Below are positions 18,094 through 26,263 of a stretch of DNA of 37,930 nucleotides, piece after piece. A program made the position numbers and the translations under genes. The notes under the pieces are model-generated. The model did no database searches. It was not told the DNA's origin and saw only the letters and a program-made list of their open reading frames with translations. The stretch comes from Patescibacteria group bacterium (GTDB lineage Bacteria > Patescibacteriota > Patescibacteriia > JAHIZJ01), in NCBI GenBank assembly GCA_041661625.1, contig JBAZUB010000004.1, positions 1 to 37,930 on the forward strand. Reading direction: 5' to 3'. The stretch's first letter is position 1. Each line of letters begins with the position of its first letter.

Positions 18094-19670
18094 TAGAGGC
18101 TATCTTCGGTCAGGCATCCTAACAACATCCATCTAGCCGGGCCGTCCTGCAGGAGCTGCCTGGCCTTCTCGCGGGTAACCTGAACGGTATCCATGAAGTT
18201 TGCCTCGAACTCATAAGATCCGTTATCATCAAAGCCACGGTAAACCTTTTCCCCTATATACCGCAACTTGAACGGGTGCGATAGTTCAAAGGCTGTGAAG
18301 CTAACCTCACCCTGGAAGTCAGCGGCTACTATGGCCGGGTTAGGGTGTTCCCCTTCACATGCCCCGGTATGCTCAAGCATTGACGGGGAACAGGCGTAAA
18401 CCCTGCCGCCGTCCTTGCGTACTAAGGCACATAAAGCCCCGTCCCAATTTGTTCTTTCATCTTCGGCTATGGTCATTTCGGCTAGGTACTTCTCAAAGAT
18501 AGGCCGGGTAATGATTAGGCCAAGCCCGCCAATGTCAACCTTTTCAACTAGCCCGCCTTCTGATGCGGCTAATGGGGCGTGTATCTTGGCGTTGAACAGG
18601 CAATGAAGCGCACCCTCACGCGGGCGGGCGCGTATGATTTCAAGGGCCATCTTATACCAATCCATTGAGAATACACAATCGCTATCTAAAACAAGGAGGT
18701 TATCAGCCCCGGCCTCAAACATTGCCTTGATACTGGCAAGGTTCTTTCTAACGCATCCAAGGCGCGCCTCTGATTGAACCAGGACAACCTCGGGAATACG
18801 GAGGGTTAGCGCTTTAATCTTCGGCAAGTCATTGGAGCAATCATCGAATACATACAGCCTGCGCGGGCGCGGCTCTGTCTTTAGGTAGCTTCTTACTGTG
18901 CGCTCAAGCAAATCGTACCGGTTGTATGTGGTCATCATCACAGATAGTTCTTCATTATAGATATTCGGAACCTTCTTAGCGGCTACCACCCGCATCCGGT
19001 CTATCAGGTCACCTATCATTTTAACATCTGCAGCGCACTGGCTGTTATACCACTTTGTGAAAATAAGCTCACCCTTTTTGTAATCCTCTTCAACGGCGCG
19101 GTAGGTATCATCCTTGACCGCCTTACCGAAAGCCGGGTGCATATGTTCAATGTTTACCTCGGGCAGATGTGTCATTATGTTGGTCTTAAACCCGATTGAT
19201 GTCAGCCAGCAATCAACCCATGAGTGCTTATAATCTGGCGGGAAGAAATAGCCAAGGGCGTGGACAAGGATGGCCCCGTGCATGGTAGAGGTAGGCATGT
19301 TTTGAGTATTGCCATAACACACGGCAACGCCCATATTCTTGCGGTCTATCGCTTCCATCATCTTAATGTCCCATCCCTCGGTCCTGCAAACATGGTCATC
19401 GTTAATCTCATGGTAATATTCAAAGTCCCGGTACTTTTCGCAGGAGAAATAGTTGACCACCTGAACCATAGTTTTATATGGGCCGAACTCAATAGAGGCA
19501 CCCTTAGGTGGGATGATAGCCTTGTATTGTGCAATCATCGGGTTAGCTTCATCTACATAGGCCACTAGCCTGGAAGCCGGGCCGCGCTTGGTTTCACGCC
19601 ATGACTTCATCATACGCTCAAGCATATCGGGGCGGCGGTGCGAGGAACACATGGTAAGTAGTTTATACAT
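18090..19670 (-). CDS. Double glycosyltransferase (two GT-A-like modules) plus the shared C-terminal domain
   Basis: 526 aa from ATG 19670 (RBS AGAGG, 8-nt overlap with the upstream stop). Module 1 (LLTMCSSHRRPDMLERMM..EINDDHV) is a paralogue of the 25467..26216 protein. Module 2 is GT2-like (LSVMMTTYNRYDLLERTVRSYL..LYVFDDCSND..LVLDSDCVF). The C-terminus carries LRYIGEKVYRGFDDNG..TREKARQLLQD. Confidence 0.7.
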   Translation of the reverse strand: MYKLLTMCSSHRRPDMLERMMKSWRETKRGPASRLVAYVDEANPMIAQYKAIIPPKGASIEFGPYKTMVQVVNYFSCEKYRDFEYYHEINDDHVCRTEGWDIKMMEAIDRKNMGVAVCYGNTQNMPTSTMHGAILVHALGYFFPPDYKHSWVDCWLTSIGFKTNIMTHLPEVNIEHMHPAFGKAVKDDTYRAVEEDYKKGELIFTKWYNSQCAADVKMIGDLIDRMRVVAAKKVPNIYNEELSVMMTTYNRYDLLERTVRSYLKTEPRPRRLYVFDDCSNDLPKIKALTLRIPEVVLVQSEARLGCVRKNLASIKAMFEAGADNLLVLDSDCVFSMDWYKMALEIIRARPREGALHCLFNAKIHAPLAASEGGLVEKVDIGGLGLIITRPIFEKYLAEMTIAEDERTNWDGALCALVRKDGGRVYACSPSMLEHTGACEGEHPNPAIVAADFQGEVSFTAFELSHPFKLRYIGEKVYRGFDDNGSYEFEANFMDTVQVTREKARQLLQDGPARWMLLGCLTEDSLY

Positions 19671-20523
19671 TGGCAACCTCTTTAATTTCAACGGCGCACT
19701 TTGTTGTAACTAAGTCCGGCTTTGCCTTGCACTTGACATCGCAGGGATTACAAAGCCCGTAATTATCGCACTGGCTAAAATCATCCTTATGCTCATAGGC
19801 TATGTTGAGAATGTTACCAACCTCGCTTTCCGCCCCATACAAGTCACGGTGACAGCGGTATATGTTGCCCTCTGGCCCTATTAGGAAATCTTCGGGACGG
19901 CATAAACAGGACTTCCGGTTACCATTCAGGGCCGCATAATATTTGTAATGGCCGAACAGCCTATCGTCATGGAAGCCTAAGAAGTCCCTGATAAAGAAGT
20001 ATACCCCCGCATCGGCGCAGCGCTGTGTCATTTCCGTATTATGGAAAAGGTTATTCGGATGATTGATACCAAATATTCCAACATTATACCCTTCATCCTG
20101 AAGTGTCTTGGCGGTGTTGATTGTATCGTCTTTCTTCATTGAATGAACATGGTAGCTTATGCGGATGGCCTTGTAATAGAAAGCCTCTCTAGCCCCCCTA
20201 TAAAGCCTGTCCGGTGGTATGTTATCCATGAACTCGTCAATATCAAACTGACCATTGGTTAGCAGGTCAATCTTAATATCATCCCTTAGCTGGCTAACGA
20301 TATTATAAAAGCCCGAATGAATAGTAGGCTCACCGCCACCTAGCGTGATAGGCTTACCGCCCGTGTCTATATTGTTCAATCCTAATACCCATTCACGGTC
20401 GGTTAGTTCCTGTCGCTTGCGCTTGCACCCGGTGAATGAATTGATACAATAGGGACAGGCTAGATTACAGCGGAGGGTTAGATAAGCCTCAATGTAGGAA
20501 TAGCGGGCCGGTACTTGTATCAT
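19663..20523 (-). CDS. Radical SAM enzyme with a Cys-rich C-terminal (SPASM/twitch-like) region
   Basis: 286 aa. CNLACPYC matches CxxxCxxC, GGGEPTIH is present, and the C-terminal cysteines lie in CLCRP..RCHRD..CDNYGLCNPCDVKC. Confidence 0.8.
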   Translation of the reverse strand: MIQVPARYSYIEAYLTLRCNLACPYCINSFTGCKRKRQELTDREWVLGLNNIDTGGKPITLGGGEPTIHSGFYNIVSQLRDDIKIDLLTNGQFDIDEFMDNIPPDRLYRGAREAFYYKAIRISYHVHSMKKDDTINTAKTLQDEGYNVGIFGINHPNNLFHNTEMTQRCADAGVYFFIRDFLGFHDDRLFGHYKYYAALNGNRKSCLCRPEDFLIGPEGNIYRCHRDLYGAESEVGNILNIAYEHKDDFSQCDNYGLCNPCDVKCKAKPDLVTTKCAVEIKEVANV

Positions 20524-20747
20524 AATGCTAGCGGCTCCTTCTTTAAAAACTCTCCGGTTACAACGCTTCTAAGGCGCGGCCCGGTTGTAGCCTTACTAGT
20601 GCTAGACCAACACACCATTTCATATATAAAATACTTCCTATCAATGGCAGACCGCCTATGATATGGCTTACACTCTCCACACTTTCCAGCATGAAAACAG
20701 TTAGCCCTACAGGTTCTACAACATAGTTTAATATTACAACGACTCAC
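20520..20747 (-). CDS. Small Cys-rich protein or peptide (metal-binding partner or radical-SAM substrate candidate)
   Basis: 75 aa, MSRCNIKLCCRTCRANCFHAGKCGECKPY..., with 8 Cys in residues 4-25. The GTG start overlaps the upstream stop (GTGA) and its own stop overlaps the downstream ATG (ATGA). A GAAGGG RBS is present. Confidence 0.55.
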   Translation of the reverse strand: MSRCNIKLCCRTCRANCFHAGKCGECKPYHRRSAIDRKYFIYEMVCWSSTSKATTGPRLRSVVTGEFLKKEPLAL

Positions 20748-21979
20748 ATCACGCCCTTCATTAAATGCTCGGCGTATTCAATAATCATATCCCTGAATTC
20801 CTCACCTCGCGGGTGCGGTATATCATAGTATGGTATGGGGTGCTTGAAGTAGTCGGCCCAGTAATCAGGGTATCCTTCTTTTAAGAGTTCGTAATAATAC
20901 GGGGTATCTGGTTCTGGAAATAAGATATTATAATAGGGTGTTTTAATTCCTAACTCATTAACAAGATAGGCCAAGTCCTTCAGGTATTCCATGTTATCGC
21001 AAGGTGTACCAATAATAAAGTAAGCTAAGATATCAATCCCGGCTTGATAGTAGGCACGGCAGAAATCAAGGATATCATCATGGCGGTGGTTCTTTCGCAT
21101 CCATGAGAGCGTCTTATTATTCAGGCTTTCGATACCAACATGGATACGCTTTAGCCCTGTTGCCTTGAGGCGAGGAACGATAGACAGGTCAGCCTTAACC
21201 TGACCTCTCATGCTCCATTCAGTACGCCAATTATCACGCTCCATAGCGTCTAACACCCCGGCGATATGTTGCCGGTTCACATTAAAGTTATCATCGAAGA
21301 TATGAACGGACCCGGCCCCTAACTGCTTGAGGTACTGCATCTCAACCAGGACGGCGGCGGGCGCTTTGGTCATCACCCGCTTGGTCTGGACTGAACAGAA
21401 CTTGCAGGCATTAGGACAGCCCACAGATGTGAACATGGACATCCGCGTGGCAGACTTAAATAATACCTTACCCTCAAAGATATATGACTTGTAATCAATC
21501 AACTCCCTATCTGGGAACTTGATATTTGAAATGTCCGTCTTGCAATCTATCACCCCGGAACGCGGGCTATCTAGCCATTGCGCAAAGTCCATATCCGCAA
21601 GCTGGCCGCGGAATACCGCATCGGCACCCCATGCTATAACCTCTTCAGCGTGGCAGGTAATATGCGGCCCGCCCACTACAACCCATTGAGCCTCTATCTT
21701 TGGCAGTAACTTGAACAGGGAATAGGACCAACGGGTGGCCGCTGAGAATCCCACCACATCCGCGTTGATGGCGTTAATACGGGCGGCGGTATCTTCAATA
21801 GTCCAGCGCTCCGCGAAAGGGTCTAGGATAGTTACGCTGTGCTTTGGTGCGTCAATATTTGACGCTAAAGAGAGTAGGCCGAGCGGTAGATACTTGACCT
21901 CTTTAGGCTCAATGATAAGAGGCGTAACCCATGACCGATACGCGCCATCACGCGGGAGGGTTGATAGGACTATCTTCAT
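20744..21979 (-). CDS. B12-binding-domain radical SAM enzyme (class B)
   Basis: 411 aa. The N-terminal part looks like a cobalamin-binding domain (VVGFSAATRWSYSLFKLL..VVVGGPHITCH), and CPNACKFC matches CxxxCxxC. Confidence 0.8.
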   Translation of the reverse strand: MKIVLSTLPRDGAYRSWVTPLIIEPKEVKYLPLGLLSLASNIDAPKHSVTILDPFAERWTIEDTAARINAINADVVGFSAATRWSYSLFKLLPKIEAQWVVVGGPHITCHAEEVIAWGADAVFRGQLADMDFAQWLDSPRSGVIDCKTDISNIKFPDRELIDYKSYIFEGKVLFKSATRMSMFTSVGCPNACKFCSVQTKRVMTKAPAAVLVEMQYLKQLGAGSVHIFDDNFNVNRQHIAGVLDAMERDNWRTEWSMRGQVKADLSIVPRLKATGLKRIHVGIESLNNKTLSWMRKNHRHDDILDFCRAYYQAGIDILAYFIIGTPCDNMEYLKDLAYLVNELGIKTPYYNILFPEPDTPYYYELLKEGYPDYWADYFKHPIPYYDIPHPRGEEFRDMIIEYAEHLMKGVM

Positions 21980-22449
21980 TTTGCTTTCTTCAACCCAATA
22001 AGCGCCGGGCCTTCCCTGTCATATTCCTTCAGGACCGCCGCCGTGGTTTCCTCTGCCGTCTTTGGGTAATAGATGGCCGCGTTTGTGAACGGGTTAAACT
22101 TATCAAAGCGCAAGATATCGGCATGACTGACACCCTGTCCTGGATAGTCAGCGTATCCCACAAGTTTAACATTGGCATTGTTAGCGTCAACATCAATCTT
22201 GATTTGCTCAAAGGCGCGTTCAAATAGGAATGGCGTAATGGTAAATACCCACGGCTTAAGCCCCTCAAGGGCCATGCCTGCCGCGATACCTACCATGCTT
22301 TGTTCAATCACGCCAATATTCAAGAACTGCTTTGGCCGTTCCTTGCGGAGGCGGTCGAAAATACCGAAGCCAATGTCCCCGACTAAGAGTATAACCTTAT
22401 CGTCTTTAATGGCAAGGTCGGCCAAGGCGTTTCCAAAGGCGGTTCTCAT
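21976..22449 (-). CDS. Transketolase-family ThDP enzyme, pyrimidine-binding (C-terminal-section) subunit, truncated
   Basis: 157 aa. MRTAFGNALADLAIKDDKVILLVGDIG..FLNIGVIEQSMVGIAAGMALEG matches the TK Pyr domain. There are ATGA overlaps on both sides. Confidence 0.75.
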   Translation of the reverse strand: MRTAFGNALADLAIKDDKVILLVGDIGFGIFDRLRKERPKQFLNIGVIEQSMVGIAAGMALEGLKPWVFTITPFLFERAFEQIKIDVDANNANVKLVGYADYPGQGVSHADILRFDKFNPFTNAAIYYPKTAEETTAAVLKEYDREGPALIGLKKAK

Positions 22450-23066
22450 TTCAATTCCTCCATAGCCTGATTATATTCCTCTTCCTTGATAGGCTTAACA
22501 TGGACATCGGGCCTGTCCTTAAACAGCCCTATCCCGTCACCCTTCACGCCGTGATGAATGATAACCCTAACGCCTGAATAAGACAGCATCTTCTTGACGC
22601 TGTAAATGGTCTTGCTTATCGCCTGATATTGGTTTGCGTCAATGTGAACCGTGAGCCGCCATTGCTGAAGGAACCGGCCCGCGAAAAGGATTGACTCCCA
22701 TGTTGTCCCCTCCGCACACTCCCCGTCACCTAACAGGACATGAACCTTGCCGGGATTGCCGGTTATCTGTTTGGCAAAGGCTATGCCGCAAGCTATCGGT
22801 AGGCCGTGACCTAGGCTTCCACCGGTGGTGACAACCCCATTCTTAGCGTCCCGGCTAGGCTCATGGTGCTGCCAATTAGGGGCCAGCCCGTAATCCTCAA
22901 GGACCGCATACAGGCCGTAAGCCCCGTGACCCTTGGACAGGATAAAGACATCATGGGCGCGGTTCATGATGGCGTAAATCTCGCGGATGATAGGCAGCGC
23001 GGAAAGCGCCGATGGCATGTGTGAATAGCCTATCTTGTAGGCTTGAGACAGCATCCGGCGCTTCAT
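22446..23066 (-). CDS. Transketolase-family ThDP enzyme, diphosphate-binding (N-terminal-section) subunit
   Basis: The motifs GHGAYGLYAVLEDYGL, GSLGHGLPIACGIA and LLGDGECAEGTTWES are present. The start is uncertain: ATG 23066 is given here, but TTG 23083 (just after GAGGGAGGG, overlapping the upstream stop) is also possible. Confidence 0.75.
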   Translation of the reverse strand: MKRRMLSQAYKIGYSHMPSALSALPIIREIYAIMNRAHDVFILSKGHGAYGLYAVLEDYGLAPNWQHHEPSRDAKNGVVTTGGSLGHGLPIACGIAFAKQITGNPGKVHVLLGDGECAEGTTWESILFAGRFLQQWRLTVHIDANQYQAISKTIYSVKKMLSYSGVRVIIHHGVKGDGIGLFKDRPDVHVKPIKEEEYNQAMEELK

Positions 23067-23080
23067 GTCCTTGAGTGATT

Positions 23081-23587
23081 TCAATTTCCCTCCCTCTTTG
23101 CAAATAGTTCTTTGAAATACCAATGGTCTTTGAATAAGTGCATCCTACCCTTAACCACATTATCGGGCCAATCCCACCACTTAATACCTAGCATCATTTC
23201 CCGTGTCTCTTTATTAAAGCGATAGCCCTGAATGGTGTTTCCATCCATGACCGCATAGGGCGGAACATCAACCGATACCCGTGAACCGGCCTTGATAATA
23301 GCGCCATCCCCTATGGTTATCCCTGCCGTAAGGATGCAATACGCCCCTATTAAAACATCATTCCCTATGGTAATCTTTCCAAGGGCTTTATTATTTGGGT
23401 AATCGGGACAGCCTAAATCTTCATTGAAAGCATAGTTTGAAACTAGTTTTCTATCCGATAATGACGGGTGGGCCACATCAACTATCCGCAACCATGCCGC
23501 AATAGATGTATATTTACCGACCACTACCTCGACCTTGTAAGGGTCTTTGAACGGCCTGCGGATAAATGAGTGAGCGCCAATGGTCAT
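23081..23587 (-). CDS. Hexapeptide-repeat acetyltransferase of the Vat/CatB (XAT) type
   Basis: 168 aa. ITIGNDVLIGAYCILTAGITIGDGAIIKAGSRVSVDVPPYAV..GYRFNKETREMMLGIKWWDWP closely follows the Vat(D)/CatB pattern recalled from memory. Confidence 0.75.
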   Translation of the reverse strand: MTIGAHSFIRRPFKDPYKVEVVVGKYTSIAAWLRIVDVAHPSLSDRKLVSNYAFNEDLGCPDYPNNKALGKITIGNDVLIGAYCILTAGITIGDGAIIKAGSRVSVDVPPYAVMDGNTIQGYRFNKETREMMLGIKWWDWPDNVVKGRMHLFKDHWYFKELFAKREGN

Positions 23588-24720
23588 ATAAAATTCACGC
23601 CCTTCAAGTCGCTAGGCACAGAGTCCGGCCAGTTGTATTTATGCCCCGCCTGCAAATAGTCATAACAAAACTTATTAGCCGCATCCTGCCTACACGCGCC
23701 CTTGCATTGGGTATGACTATCGAAATCTTCCCGCATGGCCTTGAGGATGTCCCAATAGCGGCGGCTTTCAAACATATCCTTAAGCCGCGCTTCGTGGACA
23801 TTACCGAACTTGTATTGCGCAAACCGTTTTTTATTACCGAAAAAATGCCCGCAAGGGAACCAATCCCCGTTGCCTGAAATCTCACTGATAAACGGGATGG
23901 ATGGACAGCCCTTATATGGCCGCTGCCCTTTCTGTTTAATCGTGTTCCACTTAACGATAATTTTAGTTGCCCGCGTTGACATGGCCTCGCATTGCTTGAG
24001 GCAGTCAATAGTTGATGGCGCGTCATAGGCGTTGACATCGAAATACTCCATGCCGCTTTCACCCTTATCCGGCAAGCTGCATTGTTTGATGACAAAGTAA
24101 TTCACGCCAAGGTCAACGGCTAGTTTAGCTTCGGCTATCATGTCCGCGTCCATCGTGCCGGGGATATAAACCGACTGCATACCTACATCGCAGGACAGGC
24201 CGTAATAGGCTTTGACATCTACAAGCTGCCTGATATTGGCTACAACCCTATCGAAGAAATCGCGGCCATGTATCTTCTGATAGCCTTCCCGTGTCCCGGC
24301 GCTAATGCAAAACCGCATCCAGGTACACGCCGAAAGAATAGCCTCCGCCTTATCGCGGGTATTTACCATAAGGCCGTTGGTAGATATGGCAAGGTCAAGG
24401 TGCGTCTTTTCGCGGGCGATTGCCAAGGCTTCCCACAGGTGCGGGTTGCATGTAGGCTCTCCATCCCCGATAAAGGCGATGGACTTCACACCTATCTCGT
24501 TGGCATCAAGGATGGTTTGTATCAACGGCTCACGCTTGATATATACAGGGGCTAACTCCTGATATTTACCATAGCAAAACACACACGCGATATTACAAAA
24601 CTTTGCTATACCCATGTCAATATGGATTGGCGGGACATGAAGGTTATGGTCAAAGTATGACTCAAGCCATCCCCGGTGATACATCAATTTTGTGCTGTCA
24701 CTCATGCGAGGGTCATCCAT
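23584..24720 (-). CDS. Radical SAM enzyme with a C-terminal auxiliary Cys region (SPASM/twitch-like)
   Basis: 378 aa from ATG 24720, with GGAGG 7 nt upstream. CNIACVFC matches CxxxCxxC, FIGDGEPT is present, and the C-terminus carries CPSIPF..PCGHFF..CKGACRQD. Confidence 0.8.
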   Translation of the reverse strand: MDDPRMSDSTKLMYHRGWLESYFDHNLHVPPIHIDMGIAKFCNIACVFCYGKYQELAPVYIKREPLIQTILDANEIGVKSIAFIGDGEPTCNPHLWEALAIAREKTHLDLAISTNGLMVNTRDKAEAILSACTWMRFCISAGTREGYQKIHGRDFFDRVVANIRQLVDVKAYYGLSCDVGMQSVYIPGTMDADMIAEAKLAVDLGVNYFVIKQCSLPDKGESGMEYFDVNAYDAPSTIDCLKQCEAMSTRATKIIVKWNTIKQKGQRPYKGCPSIPFISEISGNGDWFPCGHFFGNKKRFAQYKFGNVHEARLKDMFESRRYWDILKAMREDFDSHTQCKGACRQDAANKFCYDYLQAGHKYNWPDSVPSDLKGVNFI

Positions 24721-25489
24721 TGGCGGGCCTCCAATTGCGGACTGAATAGGGTAGTAAATCGCGGTCAACCTCTATTGTCTTCTGCCACACCCCGGCGCAG
24801 CCCACATAGTAATGATAAGCCGGGCCGGGTATCTTATCCCATACCTCTGCCTGCCATGTCTCAAGGTGAACCAGGGGCGGGGCGTATCTATCGCCCACCC
24901 GTGAGGTAGTCATCTTGCGGAATACTTCATCTATATCATCACGGACTAGCGCGAAGTGGTGGACTGTCACCCCGGCCATAAAGCGGCGCGGGTCGGCCCC
25001 GTTGCCGCGTATGCCCTGACAGATACACATGGGCCGGGTGAATATCGTAGGCTTAACCTGCGTTCCATAGGTATCATCCACCATGTAAAGCACATCTTTT
25101 ATATATGTGTGCATGTTACAGGTAAAGGCTTGAACATCTGCGGGCGCGTTAAACAGGTATTCCATTGCCCGTTCCCACGCCATTTCAGTCCATACCTCAT
25201 CACTATCAATCAGGAGTACCCAATCGGGTTTATAATGGGCCATGACAAACTGCTGGCCTATTCTATACTGTGCCTCTTGGTCCGTGGTGTCATGCTTAAG
25301 GACTACAATCTTTTTCAGCGGGTCAGGATAGGCGCGGGCCACGGCCTCTGTATTGTTGCCGTCCTTGCCGTCCCACCCTATATTGGATGAAACGAAAACA
25401 ATCTTATCCACATGATTATAGACGGAGGCTATCGAAGCCTCTAGGAACTCGCGGCCACGGAAAATCTTATAGAGCGCTACTATGTTCAC
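24713..25489 (-). CDS. GT2-like glycosyltransferase
   Basis: 258 aa. The N-terminus is ..FLEASIASVYNHVDKIVFVSS and LLIDSDEVW is a DxD-type motif. The GTG start has an AGGA RBS and overlaps the upstream gene by 23 nt. Confidence 0.6.
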   Translation of the reverse strand: MNIVALYKIFRGREFLEASIASVYNHVDKIVFVSSNIGWDGKDGNNTEAVARAYPDPLKKIVVLKHDTTDQEAQYRIGQQFVMAHYKPDWVLLIDSDEVWTEMAWERAMEYLFNAPADVQAFTCNMHTYIKDVLYMVDDTYGTQVKPTIFTRPMCICQGIRGNGADPRRFMAGVTVHHFALVRDDIDEVFRKMTTSRVGDRYAPPLVHLETWQAEVWDKIPGPAYHYYVGCAGVWQKTIEVDRDLLPYSVRNWRPANG

Positions 25490-26216
25490 CCTGCAATTCC
25501 TTTTCCCATGCCGTCTTTATCAGCGCAATCTGTCGGGCCTGCTCTTCGTTGCGCCATAAGGTAAGCCCGGCAAGGCTTTCAACCTCTGCCTCGCGGCTAT
25601 TGATAAACGCTAGGTTCTCATCGGGGTTAGCGCAAAGCATCCCTTGAAGGTGCCTGATAATAACCTCTGGCACTAGCGGGCATATTCCTAGGCCGTCACA
25701 AAGTTCCTTAGTATAACTGTCCTGGCCCCTATGCTTAACTGTTCGCGGATACGCAAAGCCTACTAACTGCGCCTGCTTGCGGCTCCATATTTCCATAGAC
25801 GGGTGCCGCCATGCAAACCAGTTATCATTGAGCCTGTCATCGCCACAGATAAAGCCCCATCCGTTTGACCGCTTCTCAAATTCGTTCAGTAATATCAAGT
25901 CCCAATTGGGAGTAATATAGCGAGCGTCATCGGTAATGATTTGGTAATATTCGTAATCGGGATAGCGCTCAAGGCAGGTGTGATTTAAAACTTCTTGCAT
26001 ACACCTATGTTTATCAACCACATAAAGCATGTTGTAGGTTGATGTATAGTGTCCAATCTTAGATAGGTAATCGCCTAGCTTCGGGTCATCGTTATGGAGA
26101 TAAACAAACATATCTCCATCATCGTCTAGGCCACGGGTTGCATAATATGTATCTAGCATTTGCGGTAATTCGTGTGGGCGGCGAAAGGTAGTGCAAATTG
26201 CGAGCAGGCGCTTCAT
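25467..26216 (-). CDS. GT-A-like glycosyltransferase (paralogue of module 1 of the 18090..19670 protein)
   Basis: 249 aa. LLAICTTFRRPHELPQMLDTYY parallels LLTMCSSHRRPDMLERMMKSW, and QIITDDARY parallels EINDDHVCR. This is the first gene of the operon. Confidence 0.55.
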   Translation of the reverse strand: MKRLLAICTTFRRPHELPQMLDTYYATRGLDDDGDMFVYLHNDDPKLGDYLSKIGHYTSTYNMLYVVDKHRCMQEVLNHTCLERYPDYEYYQIITDDARYITPNWDLILLNEFEKRSNGWGFICGDDRLNDNWFAWRHPSMEIWSRKQAQLVGFAYPRTVKHRGQDSYTKELCDGLGICPLVPEVIIRHLQGMLCANPDENLAFINSREAEVESLAGLTLWRNEEQARQIALIKTAWEKELQGEHSSAL

Positions 26217-26235
26217 GTAACCCCCTGTTGTATTT

Positions 26236-26263
26236 AATATAATCTATAATTTATAGATGTAAA
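26236..26263 (-). promoter_or_regulatory. Sigma70-like promoter of the GT/radical-SAM operon
   Basis: On the minus strand: TTTACA (26263-26258), a 16-nt spacer, then TATATT (26241-26236), followed by GGGGG and ATG 26216. Confidence 0.5.
26242..26258. promoter_or_regulatory. Perfect 17-bp palindrome (operator candidate) filling the promoter spacer
   Basis: ATCTATAA-T-TTATAGAT reads as its own reverse complement. Confidence 0.6.

Noticed and set aside
19663-24720. The radical-SAM genes could be QueE-type (7-deazaguanine DNA modification), viperin-like or NrdG-like enzymes
   Set aside because: No FolE/QueD/QueC/DpdA genes, no nucleotide-metabolism genes and no anaerobic RNR partner are present in this complete genome. 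The sizes and the B12/SPASM-like features fit tailoring enzymes better. This was not tested by search.
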